From contig OX597827.1 in assembly GCA_951406725.2 (NCBI GenBank), positions 61,814,001-61,878,000 of the forward strand: a stretch of DNA of 64,000 nucleotides, in the 5' to 3' direction. Positions 24,740 through 37,014 of the stretch are shown here, piece by piece. The DNA is from Octopus vulgaris (lineage: Eukaryota). Every line of letters begins with the position of its first letter. Positions within the stretch are counted from its first letter, which is position 1. The notes beneath the pieces were generated by a model, which saw nothing but the letters and a program-made list of their open reading frames with translations, did no database searches and was not told the origin of the DNA. Both the position numbers and the translations under genes were made by a program.

Positions 24740-27700
24740 AGAGGCTTCTTTCAGATTCTGTCTACCAAATCTACTCACAAAGCTTTGATCAGCCTGTGGC
24801 TATAGTAGAACACCTCTACCAAGGTGCCATGCAGTAGGACTGAACCCAAGACCATGCAGTTAGGAAGCAAGTTTCTTACCACAAAGCCATACCTGTAATG
24901 ATTAAAGAAATTTAAGAATTATGTTTGTCAGGCTGCAGTGAAGAGCAGAAGTTTTCATTAATGGAAACCTTAATTAATGTATGTGTTCAGTCGACAACAA
25001 ATTTCACTCTGCATAGATTTTTGTGTATATTCCTCGTCATTTCTTTTATATTTCAGGTTTCAGTTCTGAGTCATTTGTTTGGTCCGGTTACCTGAAACAT
25101 GCCAAAGCCTTTGCGGCACCAAAACACTTGTTTGTAAATCTTCATACACAGGTAAGTGGGGCTGAGGCAGGAGGAGGGCTTTGTTAAAAACCACTTCAAC
25201 GAAATAGTGTTTGAGAGTATGTATGCATTAACCCTTTTGTGACTGTATTTATTTTGAGATGCTCTGTGTTTCTTTCAATTACTTCAAATATAACAAAGAA
25301 TTTAGTAAAATAACTTAATTATCATTCAGCTAGTGTTAGGAACATAAATTGCGACTAAGGTTTGGTGGAAGATTTTAATTCAGAACTTATGAAAACAAGA
25401 CATTTGTACTATCGAGCCAGAGCCGGTTTTGGCCGGGTTGGTAACGAAAGAGTTAATTATTTCAGTCCTGATATTATTAGCAATAGTCATGGTAGTGACA
25501 GAGACCGTTGACGATGTGCTGGGCTTGAGAAGACTCATCAAACGAAGTGAAATCGTAGTTGTGGCCGTTGCTGGTGTCATGTAAATGTCATCCACAAAAT
25601 TGTAATCGTAGCTGTTGAGGCAGATTTTTTCTACAGCTCGATGCCCTTCCTGTCACCAACCCTCACCTGTTCTCAAGTAAGGGAATATTTACCCATGTTT
25701 TCATGGGAGATTGGAAACAAAGGATACAACGTGCATGACTTTGACATTCATTTACAACTATCATCTGAAATCCTGGCAAGGTGACAGTAACACACACACC
25801 CACACAGACCCACATGATCTTCGAATGTTGGGACTCATGGAGGTGAGGCAAGAAGTTGTGAAACATAAGCTTCAAATGTTGAGATTCACTGAGGGGATGA
25901 CAAGTGATTGAGACCTTGGTAGTATGCTGTGCTTGAGGGTTAGGGCTAGGTTTCACCTAACCCTAAAGCTGACAGAATCATGAGCATGCTAGGCAAAATG
26001 CTTAGTGGCATTTTGTCCGTTTTTACATTCTGGGTTCAGATACTGCCAGGGTTGACTTTTCCTTTCATTCTTCTTTTTTTTGTGGAGTGGTGGTGGTGGT
26101 CTGTAAAATAAGTACCAGCTGAGCACAGGGGTCGATGTAATCAGCTTATCATCTTCCCTGAAGCTGCTTGGCCTTGTGTCAAAATTTGAAACCAGTATTC
26201 TACCTGATTTATATTCAAAATGGCCTGATCTGGTCTCTCCGCACCTATCCTACAATCTCCTAATAATCCTTTCTACTTATAGGCACAAGGCCTGAAATTT
26301 AGGGGGAGGGGCTAATTGATTGCATTGACCCCTGTGCTCTACTGGTACTTACTTCATCAACCCCAAAAGGACAAAAGGCAAAGTCAACCTTGGTGGAATT
26401 TGAACTCAGATCGTAAGGATGGATGAAATGCCGCTTAGCAGTTTGCCTGGCAAGCTTGGGGCAACAGTTTCTGCTGACTTATACCTAGTAAACAGTTAAT
26501 AAAAGGGAGCTAATCATTTCTTCATAATATTAGGTGGGAAGAGAAGTCTGAATTTTGAAATTAAAGAATTATAAGGAAAATGATGCATAGAATACACATA
26601 TGTGATAATAATGTTACATATGACATATACAGTCACATACACCTACATTTTCATCTCAAGACATGAGCGTATTAAGTATCACATACTTTATATTGATGTG
26701 ATCCATACACACACACACGCTTCTATCCAACTCTTCTTGCTTTATACATCTGTAATAATTCCGTAATTGTTCCTGAATCTGACTGTTACCATTTGATTCC
26801 TTCCAGCCCATTGTGCCGAACCTCTTCCGTGTAGGGATGAAACTGGAGGCAGTCGACAAGAAAAACACAAGCTTGATATGTGTGGCAACAGTGGCTGACG
26901 TATTGGGCGACCGCATCTTGATACACTTTGATGGCTGGGAGGATGCGTACGACTACTGGTGCGACCCCACTTCACCTTATATCCATGCAGTTGGCTGGTG
27001 TAAGGAGAACAACGAAATACTCTCCCCTCCATGTGGTAAGTATTCTTCCATTCCTCTTTTTTTCAAAATGCTTTTTTGATCTTTGTTTTTACATTTATTG
27101 TATGCATGTGTATTTTTTGAAATACGAGATGAGTGAGTGTGTGTGTGTGTGTGTGTATTATTAAATGCATGACTATCTTCTATCTCTTACTTGTTTCAGT
27201 CAATAGACTGCGGCCATGCTGGGGCACTGCCTTGAGGAATTTTAGTTGGACTAATTGACCCCAGAGCTCTACTGAGTGTTTTAGCATGGTTTAACCTCTT
27301 GACAGAGTGTATTGAGTGCTTTTTTTTTGTGGCACTGGCACCATTGAGGTCACCAAGTAACTTGGAAGATAAAGATCCCTCAGCTGAGGTGGAAAGTGGT
27401 ATTGAGCAATTGAGCAAGGTGGCTTTATACATGGTGATGAGAGCTTAAACCATGATACACAAAAAAAAATAGATGTCTTACTGTAGAGGACATACATGGT
27501 TAACCCAGCTGGAGAGAGCGAAAGTGAGGGACTGATGTGGAAATGTGCTGGGTGTACTCTCAAGTACAAGGTGAATGTAAATGGAGAGTTATAGGACTGG
27601 ATTTAATGTGCATGTATGTATGTATGTATACATACACACACACACACATATATATCTATGTGTGTGTGTGTGTAATATATATAATCATCATCGTTTAACA

Positions 27701-28298
27701 TCCACCTTCCATGCATGCATGTGTAGGATGGCTCACAGGAGCTGACCAGGTAGAAAAACTACCCTATGCTACCCTGATTTGGCAGGGTTTTTACAGCTTG
27801 ATGCCCTTCCTAACACCAACCACTCTGCAGAGTGGACTCAGTGCTTTTTACGTGACACCAGCACAGGTGAGGTTAGTTTTGGGATGATATACATATATAT
27901 ATATAAATACAAAATGGAACAAGAATGCAAAACATCCAGATAGATGATACAAAAAAACACGGACGGGTCATTCGAAGCCTTTAATCTTCAGTCAAGAACC
28001 GGATCATCCTCGCAATTTCGGCTGTGTGTGTGTGTTTATATATATATATAATCATCTTTTAACATTCACTTTTTCATACATGTGTGAATCAAATAAAATT
28101 TGTTGGGACAGAATTTCTGTGGTTGGATGCTTTTCCTGTCCCCAACCCTCATGTTTCCAAGCAAAGTAATATTGCCCCATGACCAGCTATGCTTTCCACA
28201 AAAGACAGGCAACAGCAACATCCATCGGTTGTTATGATGGTGATGCTTGCCTGCAATCATCGCATATCAACTCAAGTGCACACACGAAAACACTTAAT

Positions 28299-28339
<41 letters not shown>

Positions 28340-31300
28340 CTTTGTTTCGCTTGATGGGTTTTTTTTTTCTGCATTTTCATTTTCCAGATTGGAAAGATCC
28401 ATTAAACTTTAGTTGGGAACGTTATCTTTCAGAGAAAAATGCGACAGCTGTACCTGCTCGAGCCTTTCGACCTGTAAGTACTTTGATCTGTATTTATTTT
28501 GCTACCAAATCAACCCCCAGTATGTATTTTTTAAGTCTGGTATTTATTCTAGAGGTCTCTTTTGCTGAAGTGTTAAGTTACAGGAACATAGACAAACCAA
28601 CGCTGGTTGTCAAGTAGTGGCAGGGAACAAAGACACACACACATAATATATATGAAGGCACATAGATTAATGGTTAGGGTGTTGCACTCATGATTGAAAG
28701 ATTGTGGGTTCAATCCCCAGACCAAGCGTTGCGTTGTGTTCTTGAGCAAAACACTTCATTTCACATTGCTTTGTGATCATTTAATCATCTGACATGTAGC
28801 ACACAGTGCACCTGTACAGGTAATGTCAGTTTGATGGAGGGAGTGAGCTTATTTGTATACAAACATTTGATCACTATAAACAAATCATCTGTGTGGTTGT
28901 TCGGCAAGAAATTGCCAAATCCCCCTATGTTGTCTAATGAGGGAAGAGTCATATCTGTCTGTCTGTCTGTCTATCTCTCTCCACACACACACACATATGG
29001 TGGACTTCCACACAATTTCCCACTATCAAATTCACTCACATGGTTTGGTCATCCTGGGACTAGACACTTGCCCAAGGTACCATGCAGTGACACAAAATCT
29101 GAACCATGTTGTTGCAAAGCAACCTTATCTACACAGCCATGGCACACTCACAAGCACACCCGCAAGCACACCCGCAAGCACACCCGCAAGCACACCTGCA
29201 AACACACCTGCAAACACACCTGCAAACACACCTGGAAATACACTCACAAACACACCCACAATTTTATTAATTCATGATATTTGATTAGTTGTATGAAAAT
29301 TTGGCATAATTATTGTATTTGATGGCATAAAAGATGCACAGATGTACCTCAGTTTCGGCAACACATATTCAGGAAAAGACATTTTTTTTTGTGTATTAAC
29401 CCTTTAACATTCAAACCGGTCATATCCAGCCCAAATATTCTACTTGTTTTCTGTTGAAAATGGCCAGATCCAGCCTCTCACACCTACCCTGCAATGTCAT
29501 TCGAAAAGTAAGCTACAGCATCATCGAAATCCCAAAGCTATGAGGTAATACATGATTACTTCAAACCACTGTAAATAACTATTACATTTGGCTGAGTAAT
29601 CTGAATACTGAAGGGTTAATGTACTATTTAAAGCAATCTGGCAGTACATTATTTAAAGGTTGCAAAAGCACTTTAGTTATAGCAGAAAACATTACTTTAT
29701 CTAAAAAGTGAGTTAGCAGTACAGCTGAACAGAAAGCAAGAAGTCAGGCTTGGTAGAAAAACCATCTGGATTGAAATCAGCCTATAGTCGGTGTCAGGGA
29801 CAAAATTAACTTATGGGAGGCTCAACTTCACATATAGGATATTCTCTTTTACTCTATTTTACTTGTTTCAGTCATTCGACTGTGGCCATGCTGGAGTACC
29901 GCCTTTAGTCAAGCAAATCGACCCCAGGAATTATTCTTTGTAAGCCTAGTATTTATTCTATTGGTCTCTTTTGCAGAACCACTAAGTTACGGGGATGTAA
30001 ACACACCAGCATCAGTTGTCAAGCGATGTTGGGGGGACAAAAATAGACACACATATATATACATATATGTGACTGGCTTCTTTCAGTTTCCGTCTACCAA
30101 TTCCACTCACAAGGCTTTGGTTGGCCCGAGGCTATAGTAGAAGACACTTGCCCAAGGTGCCATGCAGTAGGAATGAACCCGGAACCATGTGGTTCGTAAG
30201 CAAGCTACTACTTACCTCATAGCCACTTCTATGCTGGGTAATATTTTATTTTTTTTTATTTTTGAAACATTTTTTGGGGAAATGTTGCATCTTACATGTC
30301 ATCAAATATGGTAATTGATTCAATGTTGTTTTTGTATCCCTATTTTTAAAATCCCTTTTTGATATTTATATATTTTCCACCCTGATACAGCGTGCCCCCG
30401 TAAGCTTTGAGGAAGGTATGAAAATTGAAGTGGTCGACAAGCGCAATCCTATTCTTATACGTGTTGCTACGATAGCCTCAATGTCAAAGCATCGAGTGAA
30501 GATTCACTTTGACGGCTGGTTGGACATCTATGACTACTGGTTGGACGATGATAGTCCAGACATACATCCACCTGGCTGGTGTAACAGAACTGGACATATT
30601 TTACAGCCTCCTATTGGTAAATGTTGCATTTTTTTATTTCACTTTGACTGATGTTGCTTTATCTCTTCCTTTGTGTGTGTATTTGTATGAGTGTATGAGT
30701 ATATATTTGTGTGTATATTTGTGCAAGTGTATCTGTGTGTGTGTGTGTTTGATGTGTGTGTGTATTTGTATGAGTGTATGAGTATATATTTGTGTGTGTA
30801 TCTGTGTGTGTGTGTGTGTTTGATGTGTGTATGTATTTGTGTGTGTATTTGAATGCGTCCGTGTATATGTATTAGTGTGTAATGAAGTGCTTTACACGAG
30901 CACAACACACAATTGAAACTACTACCTTATGATTTTGAGTGCAACGCCCTAACCGAGCGTTTCTCAACTGGGGTTCCCTGGAACCCTAGAGTTCTGCAAA
31001 AGGGTCCTAGGGGATCTGCGAGAAAGAATGAGATAAGCTAATGTTAATTTCATGATCATTATATATATATATATATTTGTGTGTGTGTGTGTGTGTGATA
31101 TTTATCACGTGAACTACAATGTTAAAATATGAGAAAGATATGGTATATAATGTTTTTCAAGCAGGGGTTCCTTGACACGTAATTTATTTTAAGTGTTACA
31201 CAAGGGTAAAAGTGTTGAGAAACACTGCCCTAACCACTAGGCCACATGTACGCGCACACACACATTTTCACATTCACATATGTGTGCACACACACACAAA

Positions 31301-32522
31301 CACAAACTGACACACACTGACACACAAGAACACACTGACACACATATACATATCCACACACACACACTCACAAACATACTCACAAACATACAAACAAACT
31401 TGCAAACACACCTGGAAACACACTCGCAAATGCACTCATAAACGCACTTGCAAATGCACCCACAGACACACGCACGAGCACACCCACGAGCACACCCACA
31501 AGCACACTCTCACACACTCACAAAAACACACACTCACACACACAGACACACAAACACACAAAACACTCACACCCACACATACACACAAACAAACACATCT
31601 ACACACACACACACACACAATCACACACACACACACCTGAACCCATGCAGTTAGTGTACATCAAAACTGAACTCCTGATTTCTTTCTCTCTGTTGTTTAG
31701 GTCCCGGAGACTTGACTCCTGTACAAGGCCAAGGTGGATGTCCCACACCTGGGTGCAAAGGTATTGGTCACATTAAAGGTGCTAAATATGCTGGACATCA
31801 TAGGTAAGTGTGGTTCAATTCTCGGCACTTTTCCCCTTCCTAATTTCATGTTTCTCCTTTAAATATTTATTTACTATTGAGACATTAGTTTAACAGATTC
31901 ATTGTTCAAAACCTTGCTGAAATTTTCTTTACCTTTAACCCATGTGTGACCAACCCGGCTGAAACCGGCTCTGGTTCTAAGTACAAATGTCCTGTTTTCA
32001 TAAGTTTTGAATTAAAATCTTCCACCAAACCTTAGTCACAATTTATGTTCCTAACACTAGCTTAATGATAACTAAGTTATTTTACTAAATTCTTTGTTAT
32101 ATTTAAAATTAACTGAAAGAAACACAGCATCTTAAAAGAAATACAGTAATGAAAGGGTTAAATCATTCTGGATTTGATAAAATACAGGCACAAATGTGGT
32201 TGTGTGGTTAAGAAGTTTGCTTCCCAACCATATGGTCTTGAGTTCAGTCCCACTGTGTAACACCTTGGGCAAGTGTCTTCTTTTATAGCCTGAAAAAAAA
32301 CCTGGTGTGTGTGTGTGTATGTATACACACTCACACACCCATACACACACCCACACCCACCCACACACCCACACACACCCACACACATCTGTGGCTGTGT
32401 GTAAGAAACTTGTTTCCCAACCAAATGGTTCTGGGTTCAGTTCCACTACATGGCACTTTGGGCAAGTGTCTTCTACTATAGCTTGTGAGTGGGTTTAGTA
32501 GATGGAAACTGAAAGAAGCCCG

Positions 32523-32557
<35 letters not shown>

Positions 32558-35500
32558 TCTTTGTGCCTGTGTTTGTTCCCTACTCCCACTGTTTGACAAC
32601 TGCTGTTGGTGTGTTTATGTCCCTATAACTTAGCAGTTTGGTAAAAGAGACCAATAGAATATATACCAGGCTTAAAAAATCAGTACTGGTGTCTATCCGT
32701 TTGATTAAAAACAAAAAAAATTCAAGATGGTGCTTCAGCATGGCCACAATCTAATGACTGAAACAAGAGAAATAATATATATACTCTTTTACTCTTTTAC
32801 TTGTTTCAGTCTCTTGGCCATGCTGGAGCACCGCCTTTAATCGAGCAACTTGACCCCGGGACTTATTCTTTTGTATGCCCAGTACTTATTCTATCGGTCT
32901 CTTATTCCGAACCGCTTAGTAAAGGGGACATAAACACACCAGCATCGGTTGTCAAGCAATGCTAGGGGGACAAACACAGACACACAAACACACACGCATA
33001 TATATACATATATTCGATGGGCTTCTTTCAGTTTCCGTCTACCAAATCCACTCACAAGGCTTTGGTCGGCGTGAGGCTATAGTAGCAGACACTTGCCCAA
33101 GGTGCCACACAGTGGGACTGAACCCGGAATCATGTGGTTGGTAAGCAAGCTACTTACCACACAGCCTCTCCTGCGCCTATAAAGGGTTATACAACTTGTT
33201 CTTTTCCTGTCTTGCAAGTTCTTGGCGACCCCAATAGTGCCTGTGATAGTGCCATAGAAAACCATGCCAAATCAGACTGGAGTCTGGTGCAGCCTTCCAG
33301 TGTGCCAGCCCAGTCAAACCATCCAACCCATGCCAGCACGGACAACGGATTTTAAATGATGATGTGATGATGATGACGATGATGATGATAACTTTTATAT
33401 ACTGACTTAGATTTTGAGATGGATTATTTTTCTCTCTCTCTTCAGTGCATCTGGTTGTTCCTATTCCCATCTGAATATGAACAAAGAGACAACGTTACAG
33501 GACCGGTTAGGTTCAACTCGAGTTGAAGAAGGAACTAGCACCCCTATTGGACAGCGACCAGCCAGAGCTATAGAACCATCAACGGTGACTTTGGAAATGT
33601 CGTGAGTTGAACCTGTGGTTTTATTTTCTCCATCTGCCTTTGTTCTTTTCCCTCACCTATGTTCCTTTGTCATTCATCTCATTTCCTTTCTTGTATAGTA
33701 ATTGTAGTGAATATGAGTGAGGACTGTTTGTAGGTTCTTTAGAGAGGAGCAACCACTGTCAGTCAATGGTGGTTTGTTGTGAAATATGTGAGTCTTTGTT
33801 TCGATTGCTTGCAATTTTTTATGAATACAGTTTTGTTTAGTGGACTTGTATGTGTGTGTGTGTTGGGTTTTAGGTGGTTTATGAAATTAAAAAAAATTTT
33901 TTTTTTAAGCACTCTGTCAGTTACGACGACGAGGGTTCCGGTTGATCCGATCAGATCAACGGAACAGCCTGCTCGTGAAATTAACGTGTAAGTGGCTGAG
34001 CACTCCACAGACACGTGTACCCTTAACGCAGTTCTCGGGGATATTCAGCGTGACACAGAGAGTGACAAGGCCGGCCCTTTGAAATACAGGTACAACAGAA
34101 ACAGGAAGTAAGAGTGAGAGAAAGTTGTGGTGAAAGAGTACAGCAGGGATCACCACCATCCCTGCTGGAGCCTCGTGGAGCTTTAGGTGTTTTCGCTCAA
34201 TAAACACTCACAACACCTGGTCTGGGAATCGAAACCGCGATCCTACGACCGCGAGTCCGCTGCCCTAACCACTGGGCCATTGCACCTCCACGGTTTATGA
34301 AATATTAGTGAACTATATTTTTTGAGAGAAATGGCTTTTAGAAGAGGAGTTAGAATTCTTTACAGTCACCAGCAATCATGAAATAAGAGAATTTCAGGAT
34401 GTGGAGATGTGAATTTGGGATAACAGTTTGATGTGACGATTGAAGGCATCTAGACTTGGGGCAACCTACTGTGGAGTTGTGAATGATACCCAGCGTAGTA
34501 GATGACAACCAGAGTGGAAGCTGGTTAATTGAATGTGGTGATTTGATTGAAAACTATGCAGTCTATGGTGGTAAAAATATCTGATCATGGGTAATGGCCA
34601 GATTTAGAGTAAGTTTAGGTGATAGTGGTCATGTGTGATGGTAATCGTTCGTGAATGGTATGAATGTCATTTGGGAAAATAAGGGTATGTGAGAACAGTA
34701 ATTGGTAAGTGGAGTAGAGCTAGGTCATGGAATTATTATGCTCATGTGGTGCAGGCATGGCTGTATGATTCAAAAGTTTGTTTTCCAACCACATGTGTTT
34801 TGGGTTCAGATGGACAAGTACCATCAACTGTATGATTGGTTTGGTACAAACAAAGCATTGTGTATAAATTTGATAGACAGAAATTGAAAGAAGCCAGATG
34901 AATATATATATATATGGTTAGAAGTTATATGGTTATACACACACATCTCTGTCTGTCCCTTTCTCACATCACCAATAGTAGAATACAAAAATTTCTTAGA
35001 TTATATTTCTTTTTAGTGTTCTTTTTGAAGGCGTTCATGTACTGGAAATATTTCCTTAGTTCACTTTCAATGTAACTAATTTTAGATCACCTCGAAAACC
35101 TTGTGTTAACATGTATTTTCAGGAATATTAATTTCAATGATATTTTCTTTATCTAAACATGTTAATACAATAGAAACAATTGTCGGCTTTGTAAGGTGAA
35201 TTCTGAAATTAATGATGTAATTTTCTCTTTACATATTTTTGTTATACACACACACACACATACGAAATATATGCATAGCATGGTTATAGGCATGTTTGTG
35301 AAGTTAAGATTGCTTCCAACCATATGAAACATGGAAAAGTGGATGTTAAATGGTCTATATGTAGATAAGTCCATGTAGGGTGGGTGTTCAATGATACCAT
35401 GTTGTTTTTGGTGAGGAACTCACAAGTGAGGAGAGCTTGGTGTTGGTACATCATCATCATGAAGAATCTAATTCTTTGCACTCCACAAATCCGGTTGCTT

Positions 35501-36972
35501 TCACTAAGTTTCCTTCCTCAAATGCTTCAGAATGTAACAGTAAGACTTTCGATTGACGGTCTGGCCCTGGGGGTGCACAATACCACATTTCTAGGGGTGA
35601 CGCTTGTGGTAGGTTTTCCAGGTTGCTTGTCATCTTCTAGGGATGGTCTTCCACTTTTGAAGTGTCCAGGCCATTTGAAACATAGTGTATGACCCATTGA
35701 CTCATTGTGGTAATCTTGCCGAAGCATGCTGAATGTCTCTGTAGCAGACTTCTCAAGTTTAATGCAAAATTTCATGTTGGCTCTTTCTTCCTGTCCATGA
35801 CAAAAATCGCAGACTACAACATACACATTGATCACAAAAACACAAATTTCACAACTTGCAAAGTAAACACAGCAGTGTTGTTCAGCACACTGCCTCATGA
35901 AGGTCACTGCTAGCTCTCACTGCACATGCAACCGTGTGCTGCCATCTGTTGGTGTGCTACAGAACTAGTTCAGGAACTATTTGATATCACCTTGTACATA
36001 CATACATACATGCATACATCTTTGTATATATGCGTATGTATGTGTATATATATTTATATATATTTACATGTATATAGTTGTGTATGTATTTATGTATGTA
36101 TATGTGCGTATACGTAAGTGTGTGTAGTGGATAAGAATATGTCAGAAAAGGCATATAATTGATATCTCTGATATTAGAGCATGAACTTTCAGGATATATA
36201 TCAGTTTGCTCCCAACGTTTGGTCTGCGGACCTCTGGTGGTCCACAAAGGTAGTACTGGAGGTCTGTGAACATGTTAAATTGACAGACCTTTCAATAATA
36301 TCCTGGGGTTTGTGGGAAAACTCATTTAAATAAAAGGGGTCTATGGTAGTGAAAAGGTTGCGAACCAGTGGTATATACCTATCCATGAAGGATTACATAC
36401 AAATTCTCACTTACTTGATTTTCCTTTTTTTTTTTGTAGCTAAACTATGTATATTTTTATACTTGTTCGTGTATAACTATTTTATAAATACATCGATGCC
36501 ATTAACAACTTCTGTCCACCGGTTATTTTATTGTACCTTATGTCTATGTGTTGTTGGCATCCTTCTGTCTGTCTTGGGAGACAATGGGGTTGCGCATAAA
36601 CTAATCCAGTCTGATTTTTACAATTCTTTTCCTCTCCAGTTTTGCGCAGGCCTGGGCTAGATGTAAGAAAATCCTGGGTAGCCCAATTGTCAGGATTCCT
36701 CTCTCGACCTTGCTGACGTAGTCCAAAGGAGTGCAGAGCATTACGTTTGGCACCAGCTTGGTTGCAGGAGCTGCCGGAAGAGTGTCGAGTCGAACACTAA
36801 ACTGCCTACGGGGCTCCACTCCGGATTTCTTTGAAGGTTATCTCCTGGATAGGGGCCCATACTGGGTACTGTCAGCTGGAGCCAGCTGAGCCCGGGACTC
36901 GTGTCAGGCAGGGTTGTCACTTCCTGAAGTAGTAAAGAAAATCGCTACCCACCACCTAGCCTATATATCTGT

Positions 36973-37014
<42 letters not shown>

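Noticed and set aside
34215-34290. tRNA gene
   Set aside because: The tRNA-like head continues into a SINE body with a polyA tail and TSD, and has no proper acceptor stem.
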